Shown here in pieces: positions 39,270 to 51,589 of a DNA stretch of 64,000 nt. Source of the DNA: Anthoceros angustus (lineage: Eukaryota > Plantae > Anthocerotophyta). The position numbers were made by a program, and so were the translations under genes. The notes under the pieces are model-generated. The model did not search any database and was not told the DNA's origin. It saw nothing but the letters and a program-made list of their open reading frames with translations. The DNA lies in assembly GCA_010909165.1 (NCBI GenBank), contig VJWM01000126.1, positions 248,001-312,000 on the forward strand. Direction: 5' to 3'. Numbering within the stretch: the first letter of the stretch is position 1; the number at the start of each line of letters is the position of its first letter.

Positions 39270-40030
39270 TCACTTTGCTTGTTTGAAACAAACTCGGTCT
39301 TTCCAACTCGAAACAATATAGAGAGTGCACACAAAAGCAAAGCAGCACTTCCAATTGGAAGACTAACCAGAAATACACTGATAGTGCCTTCAAGGCACAC
39401 TAAGGAACAAGAACAATCAAAGGACTTGTAAACCATTGAGCAAATCCAGTCTAAATTCTTTTCTATTTCCTTTCCCTAGTTATGGATATACTACTTCACT
39501 TATAAGCACGATTGAAACCACGAGAAGTACCCTCACCTAGACGATTTAGATTCCAAGCGTAAGTTACGTGTTACTTTCTCCATTTTCGGCAAGAATAGAT
39601 AATGCAAGCCATGTAGGTTGTTGAGTTAGAATCTTCTTTTCCTTCTGCTTGTTTGAAACAAACTCGGTCTTTCCAACTCGAAACAATATAGAGAGTGCAC
39701 ACAAAAGCAAAGCAGCACTTCCAATTGGAAGACTAACCAGAGAAATACAATTCTGGATAGTGCCTTCAAGGCACACAGCTAAGGAACAAGAACAATCAAA
39801 GGACTTGTAAACCATTGAGCAAATCCAGTCTAAATTCTTTTCTATTTCCTTTCCCTAGTTATGGATATACTACTTCACTTATAAGCACGATTGACGAACT
39901 ACGAGAAGTACCCTCACCTAGACGACGAGATTCCAGCTGCGTAAGTTCTGTGTTACTTTCTCCATTTTCGGCAAGAATAGATAATGCAAGCCACGCCGTA
40001 GGCTGTTGAGTTAGAATCTTCTTTTCCTTT
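39270..40030. repeat. Direct tandem duplication, ~370-bp unit x2
   Basis: gcttgtttgaaacaaactcggtctttccaactcg...gagaagtaccctcacctagacga occurs at ~39277 and ~39648. Confidence 0.9.
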
Positions 40031-40254
40031 ACTGTTTGTTTCTTTTCAATAATACACAAGAATAAATAATTGTGAAGGTCTTAAGAGTGGATGGTATGAT
40101 CCGAGAGAAAAGAAAAGAAACCGATGCTCTAAAACTTATATAAAACTATGTGTCTATATTACAAACGCGAGAATAGCACTTAGTCCTCTTCTGTCCTCAG
40201 GGCATGGCAAGCAATTTTAGCACATGTCTAGACTCACCGTCTACAACTCATAAG

Positions 40255-40585
40255 GGTATTAACTCCATGACTGTGTTTTACGTGTGGCCTTTGTGGAGGG
40301 ATGTGGTCACCAGCATGGTTATGAAGATTCCGTTTTTCTTATCAACTCATTCGTTTTTCAAAACGTAAAGAATGTCACCCGTCCATAACAACTCGCCTTT
40401 TACCTATGGCCTGGGTGGAAGGGAATGTGGTCACCAGACCCCCGTCGGTAACAACTCTATGACTGCCTTTTAACCTAAGGCCTGGGTGGAGGGGATGTGG
40501 TCACCAGCATCACCCGTAGGTAACAACTCCATAATTGCCTTTTACCCAGGGCCTGGGTGAAGATGGATGTGGTCACCAGCGTCAC
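40255..40585. repeat. ~72-bp degenerate tandem repeat, 4 units
   Basis: aacaactc..tgactgccttt.acc..ggcctgggtgga.gggatgtggtcaccagc is repeated. Confidence 0.85.
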
Positions 40586-40940
40586 GACTCGTGCAGACCT
40601 GACTTGCGGAAGGTATCTCACATTTAAAATTCGTGGCTTACATGGAGTTCGACAAGTTGCAACTTTGTCCCTTGCATTATCGCTAAACATAAAACTTTGT
40701 CCCATGGGCCCAACTATATACCTCCATCTGGAATATGGAATAATTTATGGAACCTTCACAGATAGTGGAATGAGAGTTTACAAATAATTATTTGTCGAAA
40801 ATGAGTCTTGGCAAGCATAATTAGCCTCTACCTCTACCAGTATAGGTACTATGTTCTTCTCCTTCTAGGTGCTTCTACATACATAGCCAGGTTTTGACAT
40901 GCACAATCGGATGGTCAATGCCAGCTTCCAGACGAGCTTT

Positions 40941-42628
40941 TCAGTGAGCTGTTACTTTTTCATTGATGAGCTTTTCCGTGAAGTCCCAGAGCTTCTTGGC
41001 CACATCCGTGTTCTGTGCCAACTTGCTAGGTACTTTTTCATTACAGTTGTCATAATACTTCCCGCTCACTCCATTGAGACTCGGGTGGAGAGCAACATAA
41101 ACAGTCGTTGATGCCCCCTGCACAAAGTGACCATAATATTGTCAACAGCCTCAGATAGAAATCCTACGTTTGCTGAGAAGGAAACTTGCCACCCCGTTAC
41201 CAACCTGCGGAATGCTCTTCCATAAATAGAATGACATCCACCTCAGAACCTCTGCATTTCTCAATAGCGTCTGTTAGCAATAATTTCCATCTGTAAATCA
41301 GAGACAGGTTTTCGAGTCCAGGACAGATGCGTACCTAGTGTTGTGCGCTTATGTCTGTCAAGGTTTGTTTTGATAAATCCAGGGTGAACAGAATTGGCCG
41401 TTACATTGGCTCCTTCTTCCTGCCATCACAGCCTCGCTTTTAGCCATATGCAGGGGAATACAGTATCTTATTTTGATCCGACAAACTGTTTATTCAGCTG
41501 CACCTTCAAACGTCTGGCCAGCTCGTTGGCATGGAGCACGTTTGCTAATTTCGATTGCCCGTAAGCTCCGGTAGGGTCATATCTGCCGAAAAATAGAGGA
41601 AACGGTCAAGTGGAAAGTGCAGGGCAAAGAGAAGCACAACTTCTGCTGACAAGATTATCCGTACCCATTCTTTTCATTGAGTTTGTCGAATTTGATTCCC
41701 TTTTTGTATACAAGATTGTGACCGAACGAGGCCAAGATCACAATTCGCCCCTCTATGCCAGTATCCTTTGCAGTTGACTTCACCTTCTCCAACAGAAGTT
41801 TTGTAAGATAGAAATGCCCTGGACAGTAAACGCGCATGAGAAAATCCTGACATGGGAAACCAGACATATTTCCCGAGTCTCTTTCCGCGAATTCAGAAAC
41901 AGACTTACCAACATGGTTGGTTGCAAATTGCAGCTCAATCCCGTCCGCTGACAGCTGGTATGGGCACATCATAACACCCGCATTGTTTCTACAAAAAAAA
42001 AGCCGAGATATCAGCAATCCTGTCAACAGCGGCAACATACTGTCTATATCACTCCATACTCACATCAGCAGATTTATCGGATATCCTGTGGCCAGGAATT
42101 CATCCGCAAACTTTTTGACGGACGCCAAGGAGCTGAGATCAAGCTCCATGCATTCCACTGCTCCATCTGGAATGCTCTTCTTGATACTCTCCTTTGCGCT
42201 CTCAGCCGCCTTCAAATTCCTCGCTGCAATAATGACTCGAGCTCCGCGCAAAACAAGAACCCGCGCGGTTTCGGCTCCAATGCCACTGGCTCCGCCTGAA
42301 ACAAAACAGAGTCTCAATCGAATTTTTTCCTCCACAAACACTCCATATGGAGTCTCCTCCACTCCAATTCCACAAAAACTCCACATGGCCGCCAACTCCA
42401 ATTCAAACGAATCCGCTCTATTCCAATTCGAACTAGCGTTTTGACACACCACCACTTCAGGCCAGGACAGCAATCTCTTGAATAACAAGCAGTAGCAAAC
42501 AAACCGGTTACAATTGCAGTCCGGCCTCTGAGATCAATGCCGTCTGAAACCTCCTCTGCTGTGGATGCAGATCCGAACCCGCTTTTCCCCTTCTTGCCAG
42601 TAAGCAAGTCATAAAATCCGACAGACAT
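40941..42628 (-). CDS. Short-chain dehydrogenase/reductase, TIC32/retinol-dehydrogenase-like, 8 exons
   Basis: Exons 42628-42505, 42295-42064, 41988-41909, 41818-41665, 41582-41504, 41419-41335, 41251-41205, 41117-40941, with GT-AG introns. Motifs [57 protein letters not shown]. Confidence 0.92.
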
Positions 42629-43084
42629 GACTGCCTGCAGAGAACTGCACAAATCCAAACGGGTTTTCGCGAGCTGGTGCTTCTGAACTGGTTTCCGCGA
42701 GCCGAACTGCACGTCTGGGCAGCTCGTGGTGAATCCGAATTTATAGGAAGAGCCGACGTAGGGCGCGTCACAGAATCCCCCTAACTATGACGCAGGGTAA
42801 TCTCGAAAATCGAAGCAGGCTAGTGATGCTCCCGCGGGGTTCCCCGGAAGGAAGGACGAAACTACCTCAAATAAATTTTAAAAAGAAGTGCCGGACGGCA
42901 CGTGCGGCAGGTATTTCCTGGGCTCGGGATGTCCTGAGCTGCAAAGTCTGGAATTCGGCAAGGAAGATGACAAAATGACGAGAGGAATTTTGGTTCCCAG
43001 CTGCACAAAGAGTTTGAACCCGCGTAACATTGAACTGATTGGGGCCAGTAAATTCTAAACTTACAGCACTTAGTAAATTTTAGA

Positions 43085-46000
43085 CTAACAGTACTTGAGA
43101 TGGTAAGTGCGGAGCTGCTCATGCCCTCTTTCTTCGTATTCAGCTTTGGAGATGGCCTGTTCGCGGAACAGGGCGGTGGAGGCAAACCTGGCTGCACCTC
43201 GCCAGGCATCAAGAAGAGGGTCTGATGCTTTTACTACCTTGATCTTGGCACCCAGAGGTCTGGATTTCCGGACCTCGGCAAGCATTCGGGCATCGAAACC
43301 ACGGAAGAGAGCATTACCCCCTGTGAGGAAGACACAGCCTTCCGTCACAGGTTGGAGCAAAGCTTCGGGCAACCTACGAGCACATACAGACACTGCCTCC
43401 CCAATGCCTGCTTGATCCAAACCAATCATACAGGGCTGGAAAAGGATCTCTGGACATCGGAACAACTCGACGCCCAGAAGTATTCGGTAGTCGGCTTCAG
43501 TGAGCTGCCGTTGTTGGAGGTCTTGGGAAGCTGGATGGCTGCCCTGGTCGTTCTCTTCGATCGACGAAAATGAGGGATCTAGTTCCTGCTCACAGAAACA
43601 GGATTCAGAGCTACCAGTTAGATGCCTGCAACATGGTTAAGTGTTGCATAAGTCACAGGACGACGGTGGTCTTATGGGGGAGGAGGTCGGTGCCCTGCCG
43701 GCCCTCACCTTCAATCTTGCAGTCAGTCTGTTGTACTCTATCTCATCTTCTTCGAGCTCGTTGTCGTCCTTCCCAATCTGTTTGTAGAGCTGCCAGTCCT
43801 CATCTTTCATTCCAAATGTATCTTCCTCTTTACCTCGGTCAAATGCTGCACTGGTGAGCATCTTCATCCTTGCCCTTTGAGCAGCAGTCAACCTTTCCCC
43901 ACGGCCACCGGCTCCAGTTGTCAAGGCAGTTGAATTAGCTGAAGATCCTGTCTTCTGCCGTTTACGCTGTTGAACCCGTGTTCCCAATTCTGCATGCTTC
44001 GTTCGCAGTTTCTCCAAATATTCTTCTGGATTTGCTCTGTTCACGAGACCAGTAGCATCAGTGACAAGCCCCTGGCTGGTAACACTAAAGTACTGAGGGC
44101 AGGTAGTTTCAAGTTGCACCTGAGCAAACAAAAGAACTTACAAGCGGCGCTCTTCTTCTAGCTGTTGTTCGAACTCCTTCTGCAACTCTTCCTCCTCTCG
44201 CTTCTGCTTTGCCTTTGCCCGCCCATCAGCCGTTTGTTTCAGAAACTTTTGTTTCTTTTTCTCCTTCAACTGCAACATTATCCGGACACGAGTGAGGGTT
44301 GTCTAGGGAGCATCACTTCCAGGTACAAAGTACTCAGAACTACTGGGCACAACCTAATGTATACCTGCTCTTCCGTAAGTTCCCTATCAGGAATATCCAG
44401 CAGTGGATATTTTTCAGAGATGGGCACCTCTGCCTGGTCTTTTGGAGCATCGACCTGCTCGCCCTTCATCTTCTTCAAGGAGGCAGACACCTTTGTAAGC
44501 CTGCCTAAGACTTCCTGTTTGGAACTGTAATCTGTCTGTTCAAGGATGGCCTCCACTTCTTCTACCTCAGCCCCATCGATCTCCTCCAAAAGCCTCTCCA
44601 GTTCCTGTTGTTCAGCTTCTAGGTTTGCTATCTTAGCTGAACGTTTGGAAGCAGCCATGTCTCGCAGACGCTGGCCCTGCTTCTCCTTGATAGCAGCCTT
44701 TCGCGCTAGTTCTTCCTCATCCACTTGCTCCTTCTCCTTGTTCTGTGGAGTGGGAGCCCAAGGAACTTCCCATAACTTCGTCTTCTCAGATGCTTGTTCA
44801 CTACCTTTCTGCAACCACAATCCATACGAACCAGGCAGGTAAAGACGCCTGCAGGTTCTCAATATTCTTGAAATAGCACGTAAATCTCCACCAAGAAACT
44901 GTCAATAATTCAACCGCGTTCAGATATCCGAGGGAAAGGAAAGATACCTGGAACAATTGAAGTTCATCATTGTAGTCTTCAGCAACATAGCAATACTCTT
45001 GTTTCAAGGCTTCTATGTTCTCCCACATAACACTGGCACTGCTTGACAACCTGAAAGTTAAAGCCTCGTGGTAAAGCACTCCAATCTCTAGTACAGTGAT
45101 CGAACCCCAACCCCACAAGAGCGAGCGTATGATGCAGGAGCCAGCAGGAAAGTTTGTGGAAGCAGCACTTACGCGTGAAAAGGATGTTGAAGACAGAACA
45201 TCTGCTTCAGGTAGTCCGTAACATGATATCCACCCACTCCAGTCCTACAACAGGACTCTATGATAGGTTCACCTTGATACATCTGTTAGAAAATACGTAT
45301 TGAAGTAAGAACATACAAAGATCAGAAGATGATGCTCCAGCAAACAGAAGAGATCAAAACGTTAAGGGGAGCCATCAAACCGGAATACAATGTGTTGCCA
45401 TGTGAGCAGAACAAACAAGCATTCCGTTGGGTTCACAATTTCCAAGCCTCTGATTGTGCTTGTAGCTGAACACTCCACCGATGCCAAAAGCTGAGAGATG
45501 GGCCATCACCAACTATCAGCGATCACATAAAGCAGGCAGCTCATAAAAAATGAAGCCTTGATTCAGACAACTTTCATTACCAACAGAGGAGACCCCATAT
45601 CCCTCAAACAAAAGCTCGGCAACTTTGCTCCGGGAGTATGCTGGATTACAAGGACATTCTGTCATCAAGACAGGGTGGTCAACCTGTTCTGCACATAATA
45701 CTGACCACCTTTTAACACAACAAGTGGCAAACACCAAATGGGAGACAAATGGAATACCCTTACAGAAGCGGGATGCTAGGTGACCACCTTGGATTCATTC
45801 ACCCCTATTCTCTCAAAAGAATAGTCCAAAATCTGCACAGCACAAAACCCATTTCAAGACTTTACAAAAACCCCACCTTCCCTCCAAAAGGCATGACTTC
45901 AAAACTCCATACAATGGAGCAACAACAGCCTGCAGGAAGCGAAACCTACAGTCTCCATCATGTCGAAGTGGTACACAACATTGGCATCGAAAGGGGTACG

Positions 46001-46395
46001 CAATGACGCCCTTGTGAAGTCAAATAACTTAACCAGCTCCGGATCATAGTTGCCTACAATAGTCACAATCTCTCCTACAGAGCACCACGAACACATGAGT
46101 AATTAGGTTCGGAAAACATCACTGGACAGCAAGATGCTCGGTAGCTCAGACAGTACCAGTGGCCCTATGCCGAGGCTTGTTCAGGACATTCCGAAACGAG
46201 AATCTGGGATTGGACTCGCCTGCCCACCTGCAATCAAGCACAATTCCATCATCCTACGATTCAGAGAAGAGAAGATTGCAAGGTCAGGAGATAAAAATGA
46301 TACCCGACGCGGCACGCAAAGGCTCCGTTGTCCACAACCAGGCTCCTCTCCGCAGGAATGCTGCTGTAGTCCGACTGTCGCTGAGGCCTCAACAT
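43085..46395 (-). CDS. ARP5: Actin-related protein 5 (INO80 complex subunit), multi-exon
   Basis: N-terminus MLRPQRQSDY..LVVDNGAFACRVG|WAGESNPRFSFRNVLNKPRHRAT|GEIVTIVG..FDFTRASLRTPFDANVVYHFDMME. Then DHPVLMTECPCNPAYSRSKVAELLFEGYGV, the ARP5 coiled-coil insert, and C-terminal CPEILFQP..GLDQAGI..FLTGGNALF..DAWRGAA..ISKAEYEERG. Confidence 0.93.
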
Positions 46396-46409
46396 GGTAT
46401 CAAAATCGT

Positions 46410-47200
46410 GTTGGCAGGGGTTTCGATCAGCAACGAATACAGTCTTCGATGTAGAAGCATACGAAGAAGGCCTGAAAAACGCAGCAGGAACTTTCGTCTA
46501 TCAAGGCAGTGGATGGGCAACTGGTGTATGTCGCGAGATGTGTTAGGGTTGACGTGCAGGTTCTTTGTCACCAGCTCTGAACTGGACTTGGCACTCGTGT
46601 GCTGCGAAGAGGAGACGGCAGATATTACTCTTCTGAATAGGGACACGAACAAAGCACCTGGTTCGTCCTACCAAACGGGGCACAAGTACACATTCTTGGT
46701 CATCCGAGAAGCCATCAGCAAGAAGTACCTGCACCTGTTTGGCGAGGCCTGGTTTCCGGAGCTTCTTATCAAAAAGTTATCAAAATCGCGATGACAGAAA
46801 GGATGTTCTGGGAGCCAGGTTCAGCTGGGTTTGACGCAACTTCGCCTTTCTGGTAGGCACAGCGGGCAACTAAAGTTGTCATCCCTTCAGGATGATGATG
46901 CAGCCGAAGGTCTAACAGGTGTTCCGGCCACTTCAGGATGATGATGCAGCCGAAGGTCTAACAGGTGTTCCGGCCACGACTGTAAAGCCGAATTTGCAAC
47001 CCCTTCAAGAATTGGTACAAGCCCACAAACTGGCGGCAGCTTCGAAGCAGCAGAAGGCTGCCGATGCATCCTCCGCGAGGATCTTCAGTGGACCTGGCAG
47101 CAAGCAGGGCAGCAAGCAGAGCGGCAAGCAAGGCAGTGAGCAGAGCACCGAGCGGGCTTCCTGGCCACTGGCTCATCACTCCAGTGCCGTCCCGGGCCGG
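46410..47200 (+). pseudogene. Degenerate trypsin-like (Trypsin_2) peptidase-domain gene, head-to-head with ARP5
   Basis: Colinear pieces in changing frames: TNTVFDVEA..AAGTFVYQ; RFFVTSSELDLALV; VHILGHP; KVIKIAMTERMFWEPGSAGFD; NFAFLV. These recall the plant family with RFFITSSVLDLTIV..VYLLGY..LIKLSTD..WSPGSAGFD..NLAFM. At least two frameshifts and a 46-bp duplication (46885-46976). Confidence 0.55.
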
Positions 47201-47748
47201 ATACTCATTTGCAACGAAAGCTTGTTTCGCATAAATAGTAGACACCTACACATGGATCGCGCAGGGGACTTTTCCGTGATATGTAGCATTCGTCCAGCGA
47301 CCGGGCTGAAAGTAATTTTGCCTTGCCTATCTGCTACCCTGGTGATTACCCTTCTTGTAAGAGTTTGCAGATGGGCTATTTGGTATCCAATGAGGAGTTA
47401 TTATGATCAAGATCTTCTGTTCCAATTATAATCTCATGCATCTTGAGAGTCTCTCTCAAACCAGGAAGGAATTTTATTGTCTCTTGTTGCTGCTTGCATA
47501 ACAAGCATTTTCATATCATAATGTAGTATTTATTTCATATAATACAAATTTTTATTGTAAGCCAAAACATGAAGTTTTGTAATGACAGCAGTGTTTGCAG
47601 TATTTGACAGGCATGTTATTTCATTTCTTTCTCAGCAAAAGATATACATATAGATAATCTTTTAGAAAGTCGGAATATGTAGGAGCTGCCAATAGTTAGT
47701 TTGTACTTAGAAAACATACTGGCCTTGAGTCTAATTCTCTCGGTGGCT

Positions 47749-47986
47749 ATCTTAGGAGTGTGAAGTTCTCTTGCCTTTTGTGTTTTCAATCTGGCAGCTG
47801 CAATGATCCATCTTAGGAGTGTGAAGTTCTCTTGCCTTTTGTGTTTTCCAGCTGCAATGATCCCATCTTAGGAGTGTGAAGTTCTCTTGCCTTTTGTGTT
47901 TTCAACCTAGCAGCTGCAATGACCCATCTTAGGAGTGTGAAATTCTCTTGCCTTTTGTGTTTTCAACCTAGGAGCTGTAATGACCC
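47749..47986. repeat. ~54-62-bp tandem repeat x4
   Basis: atcttaggagtgtgaagttctcttgccttttgtgttttc...cagctgcaatga.cc is repeated. Confidence 0.92.
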
Positions 47987-48741
47987 AGGAAGAAGATGCT
48001 GTCTAGAGATGTTTGTAGAAAGATGATTGCTGACCCACCCTTGGATTTGTGTGATTTTGGAAACTCGTTGCCGCTTCGCGGACTAGAGCTCATGTGCTGG
48101 CAACATACATGCATGGTTGCCATCTTAGGTCTTTGTGGATACTATCATTGTAACATGTGTGTGCCCTGCATCAGTGACCCAGGCATCTGACCTAGACCCT
48201 AAGGCCAGGGGCTTGCCTATCACGTTAAGGAAGAGGAGGACGATGGAAATGGAAGTAGACTTGGAATGTAGGTCATGGAGTGAAGGGCGGTTGAAATAGA
48301 AGGGATGTGGAAAAGGAAGGGAGTGGTAGCGGAGGTGGGCTATTCGGGGATATCAGCGTTCGATAAATAAGTCCCCTTGAAGATCTTGAGGCAGCCCAGC
48401 CCAGCCCAGCCCAGCATTCTCAGTCACACACCACGCGTCTGACAGAGGTTGGCCCGGGGGTTTGCCTTGTGCGCTGTCCCTCCTGGACGTACATTCAATC
48501 AACAAGGAAGAAGGTGGTGCTGGCTTGGCTCCCTCCTGCCCCCGGAATGGCATGGTCACGGCGGGTGTAATGCTGGTGGGTGGGTGCCCACTCTGAGGCT
48601 GAGACGCATCCTCCGATGGCCGACCCCGGCGGCCAAGGCAACAGCAGCAGCAGTAGCAGCAGCACCAGGAGCAGCAGCAGAGAGGCCGCCATGACCCAGC
48701 CCCTGGCCGGCAGGTAGCCAGGCCCGCATTGGGAACGCTTG

Positions 48742-50988
48742 ATGGAGGCGCCGGTGCACGATGCCGTGCTCTCGTGGCCGCGCCCGGCTTCCAAGCTCGC
48801 CCTCCGCGGCCCCGCCCGCATGCTCGCCTTCGACTCCAGACTGGGCGTGGGGGTGGCCGTGGGGAAGAAGGTGAAATGGCGCATGGTGTGGTCCTGCGAC
48901 GTCCGCGCCTCGCCCCACAGCAATGGGTTGTGCGGGAATTGCAGGAAAGGGCACCAGCAGCAGCAGTGCGGGAGATCGCGCCTTGTGGGTCGTCCGGGGA
49001 ATGGCTGGATCGTGTGTGCGGCAGCGGCTGGGGACTGCGATGGTGCGGCAAACGGCGCCCTGGGGGGGCACAGGCATGGGGTTAGGGGAGGGCATGGCCA
49101 TGGGGACGGCAAGGGTTTGGTGGGTCACGTGACGGCGTGGTGGGGCGTGGCCAGCGGCGTGCTCCCGTACGGAGTGTGGTGGAAGGTGGGGGAGCTCGGG
49201 GGGGAGAGGGATGAGGAGGCGGAGCGGAAGCGGATCAGCCTGGGGCTGGCCATGAAGAGGTTGTGGGTTTTCATCGCCCCGGACAAGGTGCTGATTGCAA
49301 CCGCGTTTGCGTCTCTCGTGGTGGCGGCGTTGTCGGAGATCTCCATCCCGCACTTCGTGGCGGCCACCATCTTCTCGGCCCAGAGCGGGTCGGGGGCGCA
49401 GTTCAGGAGGAACGCGCAGCTGCTGGCTCTGCTGAGCTGCACCTACGGGCTCTTCAGCGGGCTGCGGGGGGCGTGCTTCGGGATTGCGAACCAGATCCTG
49501 GTGAGGAGGATTCGGGAGAGGCTGTACAGCACGCTCTTCAGCCAGGAGATTGCGTTCTTCGACACGGAGGCCGTGGGGTCGCTCACCAGCCGGCTGGGGT
49601 CCGACTGCCAGCAGGTGTCGAGGATCATCGGGAACGACCTTAACATTATGTTCAGGAACGCGCTTCAGGGGATCGGGTCGCTGGTGTACCTCACCAGCCT
49701 GTCGTGGCAGCTGGCGCTGTCCACCTTCAGCATCTGTCTGCTCATGTGGTCTTTCATGATGTTCTACGGGCATTACCAGAGGAATGCGGCCAAGGCGGCC
49801 CAGGACACCATGGCTTCCGCCAACGAGGTTGCAGAGGAGGCCTTGTCTCTGGCTAGGGTTGTGAGGACGTTCGGGACGGAGCGGGAGGAGCTGGAGAGGT
49901 ACAGCAAGTGGTCGCAGAAGCTGGAGGATATTAATCTGCGGCAGAACGTGGCTTATGGGCTGTGGACGTGGAGCTCCAACACCTTGTACAATGCCACGCA
50001 GGTGGTGGCGTTGGTGCTGGGAGGAGGGTTTGTGATGAAGGGGTTCATCAATGCTGAGCAGCTGACGAAGTTCATTTTGTATTCGGAATGGGTGGTGCAT
50101 TCGACTTGGTGGGTGGGGAATCACTGGGCTTCGTTGATGCAGGCTATTGGTTCTAGTGAGAAGGTTTTTCAGCTCATGGATTTGCCTCCTTGTAAGGAGC
50201 AGAGCAATGCTGGGGAGCGGCTGCCGGATATGAAGGGGTGCATTCAGTTCAAGGATGTGTCGTTCAGGTATCCTGCTCGGCCTCAGGTGCCTGTCCTGAG
50301 GAATGTGAACTTCACCATATATCCTGGGGAGCTGGTGGCGGTTGTGGGCCTGAGTGGGAGCGGGAAGAGCACCCTGATTGGGCTGCTGCTGCATCACTAC
50401 GAGCCGCACAACGGGCAGATTCTCATCGACGGGGTGCCTCTCAGTGCTCTGGACGTCAAGTGGTTTAGGAAGCAGCTGGGGGTGGTTAGTCAGGAGCCTC
50501 GGCTGTTCAGCATGGACATCGCTAACAACATAACTTATGGGTGTGACAGAGCTGCTGTCACGCAAGTAGATATCGAGAGAGCTGCGAAGCTGGCAAACGC
50601 CCATGATTTTATACAGGCATTGCCGGATGGATATAGGACTGTAGTGGACAACGTCCGGTTGAGTGGCGGACAGAAGCAGCGGATCGCTATTGCCAGGGCT
50701 CTGATTCGGGAGCCTACAATTTTGATTCTGGATGAAGCCACCAGCGCCCTCGACTCCGAGAGCGAGCACCTCGTCCAGAAAGCCCTAGATGTGGCCATGA
50801 GAGGGAGCGGGAAGCGCAAGCGGACGGTGCTTGTCATCGCCCACAGGCTCTCCACCATCAGAGCTGCCGATCGGATCATCGTCATGCACCAGGGCCAGGT
50901 GGTGGAGATGGGCAGCCACGATGACCTCATCTCCTTGGATGGCCAGTATGCCAGACTCACGCAGAGGCAGCTCACTTCCCTGCCTTAG
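48742..50988 (+). CDS. ABCB26: Half-size ABC transporter B family member 26 (TAP1-like, probably chloroplastic); single exon
   Basis: Uninterrupted ORF with a transit-peptide-like N-terminus. TMD LSEISIPHF..SRLGSDCQQVSRIIGNDLN..AEQLTKFILYSEW. Walker A GLSGSGKST, signature LSGGQKQR, Walker B LILDEATSALD, H-loop IAHRL. First ATG at 48742. Confidence 0.92.
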   Translation: MEAPVHDAVLSWPRPASKLALRGPARMLAFDSRLGVGVAVGKKVKWRMVWSCDVRASPHSNGLCGNCRKGHQQQQCGRSRLVGRPGNGWIVCAAAAGDCDGAANGALGGHRHGVRGGHGHGDGKGLVGHVTAWWGVASGVLPYGVWWKVGELGGERDEEAERKRISLGLAMKRLWVFIAPDKVLIATAFASLVVAALSEISIPHFVAATIFSAQSGSGAQFRRNAQLLALLSCTYGLFSGLRGACFGIANQILVRRIRERLYSTLFSQEIAFFDTEAVGSLTSRLGSDCQQVSRIIGNDLNIMFRNALQGIGSLVYLTSLSWQLALSTFSICLLMWSFMMFYGHYQRNAAKAAQDTMASANEVAEEALSLARVVRTFGTEREELERYSKWSQKLEDINLRQNVAYGLWTWSSNTLYNATQVVALVLGGGFVMKGFINAEQLTKFILYSEWVVHSTWWVGNHWASLMQAIGSSEKVFQLMDLPPCKEQSNAGERLPDMKGCIQFKDVSFRYPARPQVPVLRNVNFTIYPGELVAVVGLSGSGKSTLIGLLLHHYEPHNGQILIDGVPLSALDVKWFRKQLGVVSQEPRLFSMDIANNITYGCDRAAVTQVDIERAAKLANAHDFIQALPDGYRTVVDNVRLSGGQKQRIAIARALIREPTILILDEATSALDSESEHLVQKALDVAMRGSGKRKRTVLVIAHRLSTIRAADRIIVMHQGQVVEMGSHDDLISLDGQYARLTQRQLTSLP

Positions 50989-51336
50989 AGTAATTCTTCT
51001 ACGAAAATTACTTTTATGTACATGTGTACTTGATATTGTTGCCTAACATGTCCCGCAAGGGAACAAACAGGCCAACATGCCATCAGGCTTACAGGCTTGG
51101 CTTGTGCTGCCCACCACATTCAATGCGGGAAGCATTCTTTTCCCCTCCCCTAGTCCGTTGAAACGTTTGCCAATCGCAGAATGACGAGGCGGGTTTCGGG
51201 ATTCTCCAGGCAGCATACTCTTCGACCGATTGTAAACCATGGAAAATCGAAATGTGCACGACTATTCCTCAGAGTCTTGCTCAAGCGTCATCAAAGTTAG
51301 CCAACTTTCTTCCACACAATCAAAACTTGGTCTTAC

Positions 51337-51428
51337 AAAGACCTACATATCAAAGTTGATAAAAATGTAAGACCAACATATCAAAGTTGATAAAAATGTA
51401 AGACCAACATATCAAAGTTGATAAAAAA
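51337..51428. repeat. 31-bp tandem repeat x3 downstream of tRNA-Glu
   Basis: agacc.acatatcaaagttgataaaaatgta is repeated. The last copy supplies the T6 run on the minus strand. Confidence 0.9.
51423..51428 (-). terminator. Probable Pol III oligo-dT terminator of tRNA-Glu
   Basis: TTTTTT on the minus strand about 20 nt after the tRNA 3' end. Confidence 0.6.
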
Positions 51429-51447
51429 GGATCGCGTCTCATGAAAG

Positions 51448-51519
51448 TTCCGTAACCGGGGCTCGAACCCGGGTCGCCTGGGTGAAAGCCAGGTATCCTA
51501 ACCACTAGACTATTACGGA
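51448..51519 (-). tRNA. tRNA-Glu (anticodon UUC), cytosolic type, 72 nt
   Basis: TCCGTAATAGTCTAGTGGTTAGGATACCTGGCTTTCACCCAGGCGACCCGGGTTCGAGCCCCGGTTACGGAA. Acceptor stem TCCGTAA/TTACGGA, anticodon stem CCTGG/CCAGG around CTTTCAC, T-loop GTTCGAG. No encoded CCA. Confidence 0.96.
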
Positions 51520-51589
51520 TTTCCTGGCAATTACCGTGTCTTGCAAAATAATTGTTTGTTAAAACATTTTATCTGCGTTCTATCCTTCC

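Noticed and set aside
48556-50769. 737-aa antisense ORF opposite ABCB26
   Set aside because: Shadow of the GC3-rich sense CDS; no motifs, and it lies almost entirely within the sense gene.
51043-51300. Possible structured ncRNA between ABCB26 and the tRNA
   Set aside because: No recognisable snRNA, SRP, MRP or snoRNA box motifs.
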